Assembly: GCA_023128965.1 (NCBI GenBank)
Contig: JAGMCY010000160.1
Coordinates: 1 to 50,865 of the forward strand
DNA: 50,865 bases
Direction: 5' to 3'
Source of the DNA: Candidatus Aenigmatarchaeota archaeon
Lineage (GTDB): Archaea > Aenigmatarchaeota > Aenigmatarchaeia > QMZP01 > QMZT01
Under the pieces are notes generated by a model, which made no database searches, was not told the DNA's origin, and saw only the letters and a program-made list of their open reading frames with translations. This document shows, one piece after another, positions 29,540 to 38,577 of the stretch. Position numbers and translations under genes: made by a program. The first letter of the stretch is position 1. Each line of letters starts with the position of its first letter.

Positions 29540-30811
29540 ATGGAATTCGAAAGGGATTTCGACCTCGAAATATCCGATTTCGGGGTTCAAAAAACGTATT
29601 CCCTCACCTGGGATCACGAATACGGGGGAACGATTGCATGCCTTCCTGAGATAGATGAAGGGATAGTTTACTTTGGATGTGACAACTACTATCTCTATGC
29701 ACTTGATGTTAAAACGGGGAAGGAAATATGGAAATTCAAGGCAGGGGGGTGCGCGGGAAATTATCCTCCCGTTGTTGTGGACGACTTTGTTTTTTTCGGC
29801 TCTTATGATGGGTATTTGTATGCCTTGGAGAAAAAAACAGGGGAATTGAAATGGAGGTTCAAAACAGGTGGGAAGGTAGTTTCCGGAGTAGCCTATTCGG
29901 ATGGTAAAATAGTTTTCGGTTCGAGGGATTCGTACGTGTACTGCCTTGATTTCGAAGGTAGTGAGATATGGAGGTTCAGAACCGGGGGTGAGATAATATC
30001 AACCCCAAGCATAATGGATGGGAATGTGTACATAGGAAGCTATGACAGCTGTATGTACTGCATAGATATCGAAACGGGGAAGGAGAAGTGGAGGTTTAGG
30101 GCTGGGGGTGCAGTTGGTAGTTTAGCTCCAATGAACATAAAAGGTGATATGATATTTTTCGGTTCATGGGATTTCAATATGTATTGTGTAAACAGGCACA
30201 CAGGACAGGAAATTTGGAGATTTCGTGCCGGAAATGGAACGATGACATGTGGAGAGGTCCATGATGGTGTTTTATATTTTGGAGCTAAAGATGGATTTCA
30301 CGCAATAGATATCTCTAATGGAAAGGAATTGTGGATGAGAAAGCTTGGCTACAATACTCACAGTTCCCATGTATGCATTTATAAGGACAAAATATACGTT
30401 GGCGGAGGAGAGGATGGTTATGAAAGGGGGATATTGGCATGTTTAGACAAAGAGGGGAACATTTTATGGAGGTTCATTACTGATGGTCCTTGTTGGGTTG
30501 GACCACAGATTAAGGAAGGAGAACTCGTGACAGGATCCTGGAATTGCTACTTCTACAGGCTCGATCCGGATACAGGAAAGCTAATCTGGAAGTTTAAAAC
30601 CGGAGGTGGACCTTCGAAAGAAAAGGTTATAGACCACAGCGAGGTTGCTCTGGTAACGATCATAACGGGTGAAGGTGTTTTCGAGGAGGAGGATAAGGAG
30701 GAGAAATATTCGCCAACCCCTGAGATACAGATTTCAGATAACGTTTACGTCACGAAAAGCGAATATTTAGCGGGGCCGAAAACTTATAAAGCCGAAACGG
30801 GATATAAATAA
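29540..30811 (+). CDS. PQQ-like beta-propeller repeat protein
   Basis: At least 7 repeats of Y(L/V/M)YALD..TGKE.W(K/R)F; no signal peptide seen. Confidence 0.7.
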   Translation: MEFERDFDLEISDFGVQKTYSLTWDHEYGGTIACLPEIDEGIVYFGCDNYYLYALDVKTGKEIWKFKAGGCAGNYPPVVVDDFVFFGSYDGYLYALEKKTGELKWRFKTGGKVVSGVAYSDGKIVFGSRDSYVYCLDFEGSEIWRFRTGGEIISTPSIMDGNVYIGSYDSCMYCIDIETGKEKWRFRAGGAVGSLAPMNIKGDMIFFGSWDFNMYCVNRHTGQEIWRFRAGNGTMTCGEVHDGVLYFGAKDGFHAIDISNGKELWMRKLGYNTHSSHVCIYKDKIYVGGGEDGYERGILACLDKEGNILWRFITDGPCWVGPQIKEGELVTGSWNCYFYRLDPDTGKLIWKFKTGGGPSKEKVIDHSEVALVTIITGEGVFEEEDKEEKYSPTPEIQISDNVYVTKSEYLAGPKTYKAETGYK

Positions 30812-30817
30812 ACTCTC

Positions 30818-32476
30818 ATGAAGAGGGTGATCAACATGGATCTGAGGAAAGAGCTGGAAGGGGTTTTGAAAAAACACAAGGATGTTAGAAGGAATCCGAA
30901 AAGGGAGAATCTTATAAAGGATTCCGTGAAAAACAAAGAGGCGGTGGTTTCAGCGAATGGAGCGTTAGCGACATGGACGCCTCTTGAATCAACCGGCAGG
31001 AGCCCGGCTGATACGTATATCGTGAAGCGGGAGGGAAGCGAAAAGAACATTGACTGGGACTCCCCGAACAACAACCCTATTGAGCCAGAAACCTTCGAGA
31101 TGGTCCTAGAAGACGCTTTGAGAACACTTGAAGGTAAAAAGAAGATTTACGTAACGGAGAGGATTTTGGGGGCTGATGTTTCCTACGCTTTGCCTGTGAT
31201 GACGGTCACGGACTATGCGCTGACTTCGCTTTTTACATACAACATGTTCAGGTCTGTTCCTAAAGACCTTGGAAAGAGTATTTTCTCGAATAATGGATTT
31301 GTTTTAATCACTTTGCCGTATGACAAACTTTACCCTAAAAAATACGAAGGTAGACTGAGGGAAGTTAACGGGAAAACCTCAAATATGGTAATAGCGATGG
31401 ATTTTGACAATAGAATAGGAATAGTTTACGGTTCGGCATACGGCGGGAGCGTTAAGAAGCTCATGTTCACCGTGATGAATTACCTGCTCCCGGGGGAAGG
31501 TATCCTTCCCATACACTGCTCCGCTAATGAGGGGGAAAGAGGGGATGTCGCTTTGCTTCTTGGGCTTTCAGGGACGGGGAAAACCACGCTGTCCGCCGAC
31601 CCTACGCGATCTTTATACGGGGATGACGAGCACGGGTGGGGCGAGATGGGGGTAGCGAATTTCGAATACGGGTGTTACGCGAAACTCATCAACCTCGATC
31701 CAAAGAAAGAGCCGGAGATATACAACGCTATCATGCATAAAGATACGTATGAAAAACACGGGGCGATATTTGAGAATGCGATGATATATCCTGACGGGAG
31801 TTTCGATTTCTACGATGACAGGTTCACACCGAACTCAAGGGGCTCGTACCCTCTGTCTTACTTAACAAACGTAAAAGAATCCTCAACGGGGGGCCATCCG
31901 AAAACCATCCTCTTCCTTACAGCAGATGCCAACGGCGTTTTGCCTCCGGTATCCAAGCTCACGAAAGAGCAGGCAATGCTCTGGTTTTTGGTGGGGTACA
32001 CGAGCAAACTCGCCGGGACGGAAACAGGGATAATAGAACCGAAAACCGCGTTTTCGCGATTCTTCGGGGAACCATTCATGCCGAGGAACCCTGATGTTTA
32101 CGCCAAAATGCTGGGAGAGAAATTGAAAAAACACAAAACCAAAGTTTACCTCATAAACACGGGATGGAGTGGAGGTCCGTACGGAATTGGAAAGAGAATA
32201 GATATTGATCTAACGAGGAAGATGGTTCACGCCGCACTAGAAGGCGAATTGGAAAGGGTGGAATACGAGGAAAACGAAACATTCCACATAATGGTTCCTA
32301 AAAGCTGTCCTGGCGTGCCTAGCGAGATACTCGACCCCAGGAACACGTGGAAGGATAAAAAGGCGTACGAAGAACGAAAGAAAAAGCTTGCGAAAGAATT
32401 CTGCGAGCATTTTGATAAGGCTTATGGAAACAAGGGGATAGACAAAACGATAGAAAGAGAATGCCCTGGAAAATAA
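30818..32476 (+). CDS. pckA: Phosphoenolpyruvate carboxykinase (ATP)
   Basis: GLSGTGKTTLS kinase-1a motif and typical PckA length. Confidence 0.9.
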   Translation: MKRVINMDLRKELEGVLKKHKDVRRNPKRENLIKDSVKNKEAVVSANGALATWTPLESTGRSPADTYIVKREGSEKNIDWDSPNNNPIEPETFEMVLEDALRTLEGKKKIYVTERILGADVSYALPVMTVTDYALTSLFTYNMFRSVPKDLGKSIFSNNGFVLITLPYDKLYPKKYEGRLREVNGKTSNMVIAMDFDNRIGIVYGSAYGGSVKKLMFTVMNYLLPGEGILPIHCSANEGERGDVALLLGLSGTGKTTLSADPTRSLYGDDEHGWGEMGVANFEYGCYAKLINLDPKKEPEIYNAIMHKDTYEKHGAIFENAMIYPDGSFDFYDDRFTPNSRGSYPLSYLTNVKESSTGGHPKTILFLTADANGVLPPVSKLTKEQAMLWFLVGYTSKLAGTETGIIEPKTAFSRFFGEPFMPRNPDVYAKMLGEKLKKHKTKVYLINTGWSGGPYGIGKRIDIDLTRKMVHAALEGELERVEYEENETFHIMVPKSCPGVPSEILDPRNTWKDKKAYEERKKKLAKEFCEHFDKAYGNKGIDKTIERECPGK

Positions 32477-32486
32477 TATCGACAGA

Positions 32487-32515
32487 ATGACGCACACATT
32501 GTATGCGTCTATCGC
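32487..32515 (+). repeat. TGACG-palindrome-CGTC hairpin element copy (ATGACGCACACATTGTATGCGTCTATCGC)
   Basis: Near-identical, in reverse complement, to the two 35-nt rRNA-spacer repeats. Lies between the convergent pckA and aIF6 genes. Confidence 0.6.
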
Positions 32516-32516
32516 T

Positions 32517-33176
32517 TTATACAAAACCAAATGTTTCTGAAGCTATCCCTAGTTCCGGACCGCTTGTTTGGTCTCCTGCCAGGAAACCGTTCGAATTAAC
32601 GATTAACCCTGATTTCACCCAAGGGTTTCCGAAATTCACTGATCCAGGGGAAACCGAGACGTCCAAGATTCTCTCTATTAACTTCTTCTCCTTCTCGATT
32701 GCCCATTTGTGAACCAAACACCCATTCGAATTGCATGTCGCTAGCGACCCCACCAGATCCATTCCTCCTATCGTCCCAACCCTGGTTTCAACCCCTAAAA
32801 ATTTCCGGATGTCCTTCCTGTGTTTTTCGAGATCCCTCGAAACTATGCAGCCATGATCGTTAGAAAGGATGAGGTTACCGAAGGCCGTGTGTTTCGTTTC
32901 GAGGACGAGGACATCGAAATTCCTCTGCATCTCCTCGATCTCTTCGTTGTATATCCTGTCGGAAATGACGATTCCCTGCGAATTTCCCGCGGTGAAAATT
33001 CCTATCAGCCCCGTCCCGAGCACGCTCGTCTGGTAAACAGGGACCTTCAGAACCTTCTTAATCAGGTCCATGTCCTTCTTTCGAACGAACCTGTTCACAA
33101 GGCAGAATTTGTCAGTGGAAAAAGTGAAAAGCCCTATGTTCGGGTCCTTCTGGAAATTGAGTTTTGCGAATTTCAT
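32517..33176 (-). CDS. eif6: Translation initiation factor 6 (aIF6)
   Basis: Pentein-repeat eIF6 sequence; conserved L39e-L31e-aIF6 gene order. Confidence 0.85.
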   Translation of the reverse strand: MKFAKLNFQKDPNIGLFTFSTDKFCLVNRFVRKKDMDLIKKVLKVPVYQTSVLGTGLIGIFTAGNSQGIVISDRIYNEEIEEMQRNFDVLVLETKHTAFGNLILSNDHGCIVSRDLEKHRKDIRKFLGVETRVGTIGGMDLVGSLATCNSNGCLVHKWAIEKEKKLIERILDVSVSPGSVNFGNPWVKSGLIVNSNGFLAGDQTSGPELGIASETFGFV

Positions 33177-33220
33177 ATAGTTATATTGAAAATCTATTAT
33201 ATTAAATTCCAGAATTATGT

Positions 33221-33676
33221 TTATTTTTTCTTTTCCTTAGGGTTTTCCTTGCTTTCTTTCTCCTCTGGTTCCTTCCTTTCCTCGGTTTTTTCTTCTTTTT
33301 CTTCGGTCTCTTTCTCTTCTGCTTCTTTCTTCTCCTCTCCGGGTTTCCCGGTCAGCCTTTCCTTAATGCCTGCTATGCCCTTCTTCTTTTCCTCTTTTTT
33401 GACAGTCACCTCTCCAGGGAGTTTGACCTCGACCGTTTCGAAATCCCCCTTCACCTCGACCTTTATCCTTCCGGGAGGCTTTTTGAAACCCCGCGAAAAT
33501 AAGAGTTCGTTAACACCCTTCGAAATCCTTATCTCCTTAACTTTTGTGTGTTTCCTAACGAATTCCTTTACAGTCCTAAGCGCACGGTTGCTTCTCTTTG
33601 ATCTCGGCTCCTTCAACCATTCCCTTCTCAAGGGGATAGTGTAAATCCTTTCTATCTCGCTCGCCTTTTCCGCCAT
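33221..33676 (-). CDS. rpl31e: Ribosomal protein eL31 with a long E/K-rich C-terminal tail
   Basis: ERIYTIPLRREWLKEPRSKRSNRALRTVKEFVRKH core, then an E/K-rich tail of about 55 aa. Confidence 0.8.
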   Translation of the reverse strand: MAEKASEIERIYTIPLRREWLKEPRSKRSNRALRTVKEFVRKHTKVKEIRISKGVNELLFSRGFKKPPGRIKVEVKGDFETVEVKLPGEVTVKKEEKKKGIAGIKERLTGKPGEEKKEAEEKETEEKEEKTEERKEPEEKESKENPKEKKK

Positions 33677-33686
33677 CCCTGATCAC

Positions 33687-33857
33687 CTAAACTTTGAGTT
33701 TCGAACCTCTTCTCCAGTCCTTCGTGCGAACTCGAACTCTCCTTGTTCTCGCCCTTTTCAAACCGAACTTCTTTATATCTGCCCAGCGGGGAGCCGACCT
33801 GAGTTTACCCTTCGCGGACAGCCTCAACTTCTTCCCACCTGACTTGTTCCTGCTCAT
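33687..33857 (-). CDS. rpl39e: Ribosomal protein eL39
   Basis: Own translation; the ORF is below the ORF-track cutoff. MSRNKSGGKKLRLSAKGKLRSAPRWADIKKFGLKRARTRRVRVRTKDWRRGSKLKV. Confidence 0.75.
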   Translation of the reverse strand: MSRNKSGGKKLRLSAKGKLRSAPRWADIKKFGLKRARTRRVRVRTKDWRRGSKLKV

Positions 33858-33869
33858 ATACATCAACCT

Positions 33870-34151
33870 TTACTTTTTCTTTATTCTGAATTCCCTTTTT
33901 TCCGAAAGTAGCTTAAGGATTTCCTTCATCTGCTCGTCAGCAACGTTCTCCTTAAGCCTCCCAGACTGGTATATCTGAAGCAAATAAAGTTCGGCCTGGG
34001 CAGCGAGCTCCGGGTTTGCGTAACGCACGCGCCCTAACCTTTCATACGCCTCCTTCGAAAGTATTTTGCCCAGTACCTTCTTCTTCATCTCCTCTAACTG
34101 CTGCATTTGCTGTATCTTTTGCAGCTGGTTCGGGTCCATGTATTCAACCAT
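33870..34151 (-). CDS. PDCD5-like DNA-binding protein
   Basis: ILSKEAYERLGRVRYANPELAAQAELYLLQ pattern; conserved position between S19e and L39e. Confidence 0.7.
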   Translation of the reverse strand: MVEYMDPNQLQKIQQMQQLEEMKKKVLGKILSKEAYERLGRVRYANPELAAQAELYLLQIYQSGRLKENVADEQMKEILKLLSEKREFRIKKK

Positions 34152-34168
34152 ATAAAATCACGTTTTTA

Positions 34169-34579
34169 TCATTTCTCGATTGTCTTCGCGATCTCGTTCA
34201 AGAAGAGCTTGCCCTTCGCTGTTATGCTCCTCCCCTTTCCTTTTTCCGTCTTCACCATCCCTGCTTTCTCGAGCTGCTGGAAGATCTCGCGGATTATCGA
34301 ACCGGAAGCGGGGTATTTGTGTCCTGGCTTGTGTCCCCTTCTCTTCCTCCCGCCGTAAACCCTCTTAATCCTCGACACGCCGATCGGTTTGCCAATGGAA
34401 AGCTTTCTGAGGATAGAAGCCGATCTAATGTACCACCAGTTATTCTGGGAAGGGGGCCTTTCCTTGCATACCCCCGTCTTAACGAATCTCGCCCATTCGG
34501 GAGGTTTGATCTCCTCCGTCTTCTCCAGTTCCTTTGAAACCCTTTCTATCAGTTTATCGGCTTCCGTTTGCTTTATCAT
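34169..34579 (-). CDS. rps19e: Ribosomal protein eS19
   Basis: PPEWARFVKTGVCKERPP...WWYIRSASILRK. Confidence 0.85.
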   Translation of the reverse strand: MIKQTEADKLIERVSKELEKTEEIKPPEWARFVKTGVCKERPPSQNNWWYIRSASILRKLSIGKPIGVSRIKRVYGGRKRRGHKPGHKYPASGSIIREIFQQLEKAGMVKTEKGKGRSITAKGKLFLNEIAKTIEK

Positions 34580-34657
34580 ATCAACACCTAGTGGTTATAT
34601 ACAATAGGTATATTTATATTGATTTGCCTTTTTTAAGCTTTCTAAAAAATATCTAAT

Positions 34658-35683
34658 ATGACAATGGAGTGGCGAAGAGAAGCGAATGTAATAGCAGAGA
34701 GATTCAGAAAAAACGAAATTCCTGGTTTTCTGGCAAAAGAATTTCTTGCGAAGGACAACGAATTCGTTGTTGTGGAGCGAGGGGGGGAGATATACAGGGA
34801 AAGGGGCCCTGGGAAATTCGCTATAAGCGGTTTTGTAGGCGATTTGACAGATTTACTTTTGGTGGACAAATCGGAAAAAACATTCGAAAGTGAGGTAAAG
34901 AACGTGTGGCTTGCGGATGAGAATAAGATTGATATCAAATTTGTTATCAAGTTCAGGATATTCCATTCTGACCATTTTTCCAAAAACCTCATGGGCGAAC
35001 GAAAGAAATTCTCTCTGCAGGATGTTTGGGACGAGACCCTCTCGAAGGTAATATACAAGAGCAGCCTCCCGGAATTGCAGAAGAAATCAGCGAACGAGTT
35101 CCTCAAGGAAGATTTCAGGGAGAATGTGAGGGAGGATATCGAATCTTATATGAAAAAGACCTTCAAGGAATGGGGGCTGATCCTTTCCTCGTTATCGATT
35201 GATTTCAAAGTTCCCGAGGGAATCGAAGCTGAGAAAACTGAAGCTGAAGGGAGTGAGGAGCTTCGAAAGGAGAAAACCGGAGTGAAAGAACCCAGAGGGG
35301 TTGAAGAGTACGGAACTTCCGGGATTACAAAAGAGGAGGAGCTGTCAGAACTCGAAAAGGAGAGGGCTGAAAAAGAGGTTGAGATGGAACTCGGAAAGAA
35401 GCAGACCCAAAAGGACATGGAAGAAGCTCTGGAGGCGATGGAGTTAAAAGATATCAAGGACAAAGAAAAAATGCTTGAGGAGATGGAAAGAAAGGATTTG
35501 GAAGAAACCGGGGGGAAGGATAGATTGAAGGAAAAGCTTGAAGAGCTTAAGAGGGCGAAAGAGATAACGGAAAAGAAATTCTACAAGAAGGAGTTGTCTG
35601 AAGAAGCGTTTCAATGGATGATGGAGGATTTTGAAAAGAAGATCATAGAGATAGAGACGAAATTAAAGGGGAAAGAGAGCTAA
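34658..35683 (+). CDS. Hypothetical protein: SPFH/band-7-like N-terminal domain plus E/K-rich coiled coil
   Basis: Weak SPFH-like pattern in the first 190 aa; the C-terminal half is a heptad-like E/K repeat. Confidence 0.35.
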   Translation: MTMEWRREANVIAERFRKNEIPGFLAKEFLAKDNEFVVVERGGEIYRERGPGKFAISGFVGDLTDLLLVDKSEKTFESEVKNVWLADENKIDIKFVIKFRIFHSDHFSKNLMGERKKFSLQDVWDETLSKVIYKSSLPELQKKSANEFLKEDFRENVREDIESYMKKTFKEWGLILSSLSIDFKVPEGIEAEKTEAEGSEELRKEKTGVKEPRGVEEYGTSGITKEEELSELEKERAEKEVEMELGKKQTQKDMEEALEAMELKDIKDKEKMLEEMERKDLEETGGKDRLKEKLEELKRAKEITEKKFYKKELSEEAFQWMMEDFEKKIIEIETKLKGKES

Positions 35684-36708
35684 TCACTTGTTTCTAGAGC
35701 GATTGCCATGAATACTAGGACGAAACCCAACGCTATCGAAAGTATGAAGTTGAACGTTGAAATTTCCGGGTTCAAAATCAGTTCCGAGGCGTTGGAAATG
35801 ACAAGAGTCGCTGCTAAACCAAACAAGGGGAGCGAAGCGATTCTTGAAGTCTTCTTCTCCCTAAGGCTCATGCTCCTCCCGAGCCAGGCGACCGTTCCGG
35901 AAATCCAGAAAAAGTAGACGGATGATATGAGGAATGCTGCAGTTGCTTCAAAAAAGCCTAGGTTTATGAAATCCGCAATGGAGTTATAACCCCTGTATAT
36001 AGCGAGAGCTGTCACAACGATTGCGACAACGTACATGAAGAAGGCGAGCCTTCGTCCTGTGAAAGATTCCTTTAGTTCGTTGAATGCCCCCAGTATATAA
36101 TCCTCGAGCCTGAATCCCCTTATGAAGAGATACGCCCCCACAACGCCTACTATGATCCTCCATCCGGTGTCTCCGAACGCCGCATACAGCAAAAGGGCGA
36201 TTGCGGGTAATCCGAAAACGAGCCTTGCGAATTTGGGGTTTTCAAGGGTCTCCTTTATGAAATCCTTTATCTTGTAATAACTCGATTCGAGTCTTTCTGA
36301 CTGCCTCACAACGATTCTTCTAACAGATAGTATGGGAATATGTGATTGGATTATAGGAATCACATGTTCGTCATCTGCCCCGTCCGTGACGAGAACGACG
36401 AAGTCGCTCGGTTTTTTACTGAGGACCTCATTCAGTTGTTTAGTTATCTCCCTGTCCGCATCTATACCCCTGTTCTTATGTCCTGTTAAGACAACAACCT
36501 CTGATGTGTATTTGTTCTTGAGCTCCTCGAATATTTTAACCGCCCCGAAGATCGCGTTGCTGTCGCTGTCCTCGGGGTCTTTGAGACCTAGTTCTGTAGC
36601 TGTTCCCAAAACCTTGTCCTTCCCTATCACAGGACCTCTTATCCGTAATTTCTGGCCTATGTCGTTGTCACGGTCTACGCTCATCACCAGCATCCTATCT
36701 TTCGGCAT
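35680..36708 (-). CDS. Archaeal membrane protein (DUF373-like): soluble N-terminal domain plus about 6 TM helices
   Basis: MSVDRDNDIG N-terminus and domain layout recalled from the DUF373 family. Confidence 0.45.
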   Translation of the reverse strand: MPKDRMLVMSVDRDNDIGQKLRIRGPVIGKDKVLGTATELGLKDPEDSDSNAIFGAVKIFEELKNKYTSEVVVLTGHKNRGIDADREITKQLNEVLSKKPSDFVVLVTDGADDEHVIPIIQSHIPILSVRRIVVRQSERLESSYYKIKDFIKETLENPKFARLVFGLPAIALLLYAAFGDTGWRIIVGVVGAYLFIRGFRLEDYILGAFNELKESFTGRRLAFFMYVVAIVVTALAIYRGYNSIADFINLGFFEATAAFLISSVYFFWISGTVAWLGRSMSLREKKTSRIASLPLFGLAATLVISNASELILNPEISTFNFILSIALGFVLVFMAIALETSD

Positions 36709-36770
36709 GAAATCACTTTATTTAATTAATGGTTTGATTTTTAAAGTATTGTTCGAAATTAAATGATATC

Positions 36771-37559
36771 ATGAGGGCTGAGATAGGGATAATAGGGGGG
36801 ACGGGAATTTATTCCGAGGGAATGTTGAAAAACGTTAAAGTTATGAACGTTCGAACACCTTACGGCAAACCCTCGAGCGAAATAAGGATCGGGTCTTTCA
36901 AGGGAAGGAAAATCGCCTTTTTGTTCAGGCACGGGGAATCCCATTCGATTCCTCCGCACAAGGTCAATTCCAAAGCGAACATATACGCATTGAAAAAACT
37001 CGGTGTTGAGAGGATCATCGGCATAGCTGCTGTGGGTTCGCTGAAGGAGGAAATGAAACCCGGGGATATCGTTATCCCCGATCAGTTCATAGACATGACG
37101 AAGCAAGGGGAGCTAACGTTTTATGATGGCCCGAAAGTCGCGCACATCTCAATGGCCGATCCGTTCTGCAAAGAAATGAGAGATTTGGTTTGTAAAACCA
37201 TTAAAAATCTGAACATCCGTTTTCATGGAAAAGGGACCTATCTCTGTATAGAGGGTCCGAGGTTTTCAACGAGGGCCGAGTCGAATCTCTGGAGGATAAT
37301 GAAAGCCGATATAATAGGTATGACGCTGATCCCGGAGGTTGTCCTGGCGAGGGAGAAGGAGCTTTGTTATCTCTCGATCTCGAGCGTGACGGATTACGAT
37401 TGCTGGAGAGGGAAAGAGGCAGTCTCCGCTGATGACGTTATTAAAACCATGAAAAAGAATACAGAAAATGTGAAGAAAATCTTGGAGAGTGTGATACCCA
37501 ATATCCCGAAAGAAAGGGTATGCGTATGTAAGAAAGCGTTAGAGAACGCGTTTATATGA
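36771..37559 (+). CDS. mtnP: S-methyl-5'-thioadenosine phosphorylase
   Basis: IGIIGGTG, FLFRHG, PNP/MTAP family motifs; 262 aa. Confidence 0.85.
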   Translation: MRAEIGIIGGTGIYSEGMLKNVKVMNVRTPYGKPSSEIRIGSFKGRKIAFLFRHGESHSIPPHKVNSKANIYALKKLGVERIIGIAAVGSLKEEMKPGDIVIPDQFIDMTKQGELTFYDGPKVAHISMADPFCKEMRDLVCKTIKNLNIRFHGKGTYLCIEGPRFSTRAESNLWRIMKADIIGMTLIPEVVLAREKELCYLSISSVTDYDCWRGKEAVSADDVIKTMKKNTENVKKILESVIPNIPKERVCVCKKALENAFI

Positions 37560-37601
37560 TCACTTTTCAATCCTGAAGAGGTATAAAAACTAGAATGGTG
37601 A

Positions 37602-37745
37602 AGCGGACTCAGGCTTTGTCCCTGCAGGTTGAGAGACGGAACGAGAGAGGGGGACCTGAAGCTCATGTGTCCGTGCAATTTCAAAGTCCAGGAAAACTGG
37701 AAAAAGAAAGGGGAATGTTGGTGCGGACTGTTCATTAAAAGATGA
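37602..37745 (+). pseudogene. Ferredoxin:thioredoxin-reductase catalytic-subunit-like Cys cluster fragment with no in-frame start
   Basis: This frame reads SGLRLCPCRLRDGTREGDLKLMCPCNFKVQENWKKKGECWCGLFIKR*. It is bounded upstream by TGA (37599) and TAA (37584). The nearest ATG (37595) is in another frame. Confidence 0.3.
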
Positions 37746-37771
37746 ATTAAATTATTAAGGAGGTTGATAAT

Positions 37772-38035
37772 ATGATGTCCGAAATACCGAAAAAGCTTGA
37801 GAAGGTTAAAAAAGAAGATATTGATAAAGAAATACTCAGGACTGGGATAATAGCGGAATTGGATGCTATAAATCTTTACGAGCAGATGGCTAGCATAACG
37901 GATAACAAAGACATTAAGAAGATACTTCTAGACATAGCAAGGGAAGAGAAGACGCATGTTGGTGAATTCCAGACCCTACTCCTGAGGGAAGATCAAGAAC
38001 AGGTAAAGGAAGTGGAAGAGGAACTTAAAGAGTAG
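37772..38035 (+). CDS. Small ferritin-like (EncFtn-like) di-iron protein
   Basis: AELDAINLYEQ...REEKTHVGEF matches the E-x2-A-x3-Y...EE-x-H-x2-E pattern of encapsulated-ferritin-like proteins. Confidence 0.5.
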   Translation: MMSEIPKKLEKVKKEDIDKEILRTGIIAELDAINLYEQMASITDNKDIKKILLDIAREEKTHVGEFQTLLLREDQEQVKEVEEELKE

Positions 38036-38058
38036 GAATTTGGAATGAAGGTGATGGT

Positions 38059-38577
38059 ATGGTGAAGTTGTGGAGATGCGAGATATGCGGAGATCCGTAT
38101 ATAGGGGAATCCGCCCCGGACAACTGCCCGTTCTGCGGGGCGCATAAGAAATACATAAAAGAAGCGAAGGAAGCGAATGTGAATTTCGACGTTGAACTTA
38201 ATGAAAAGGACAAGGCAAACGCTGAGCGCGCTCTCCAGGTTGAAATAAGCAACGCCGCCTTTTACTTCTGCGCTGCGGAGAAAACGGATGATGAGGAAGG
38301 GAAGCTTTTGTTCAAGGTGTTAGGGAAGGTGGAAGCAGAACATGCGAGCGTTTGGAGGAAGATTCTGAAACTCGACAGTATCCCGAAAGGGGATGACCCC
38401 TGTCACGTGAGCAATAAGGAAAACCTGGAGGATTCACACGCGAGGGAGACAAGGGCGATAGAATTCTATAAAAAAGCGGCTGAGGAATCCGAGAACCCTC
38501 GCGTCAAACAGATATTCGAGGCGCTTGTGGAAGTGGAAACAGACCATCTAAAACTTTCGGAGGAGAGGTTGAAATGA
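38059..38577 (+). CDS. Reverse rubrerythrin (N-terminal rubredoxin-like CxxC...CxxC plus ferritin-like domain)
   Basis: CEICG...CPFCG, then the ExxH-containing helices EAEHASVW and EVETDHLK. Confidence 0.8.
   Translation: MVKLWRCEICGDPYIGESAPDNCPFCGAHKKYIKEAKEANVNFDVELNEKDKANAERALQVEISNAAFYFCAAEKTDDEEGKLLFKVLGKVEAEHASVWRKILKLDSIPKGDDPCHVSNKENLEDSHARETRAIEFYKKAAEESENPRVKQIFEALVEVETDHLKLSEERLK

Noticed and set aside
32820-33978. Plus-strand ORFs 32820-33644 (274 aa) and 33694-33978 (94 aa)
   Set aside because: They are antisense to aIF6, eL31 (with its E/K-rich tail), eL39 and the PDCD5-like gene. They are S/F/L-rich shadow ORFs.
37584-37601. TGA recoding or selenocysteine to extend the FTR-like frame upstream
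   Set aside because: A TAA closes the frame 15 nt further upstream and there is no in-frame start. TGA is used as an ordinary stop by neighbouring genes such as uL2 and mtnP.
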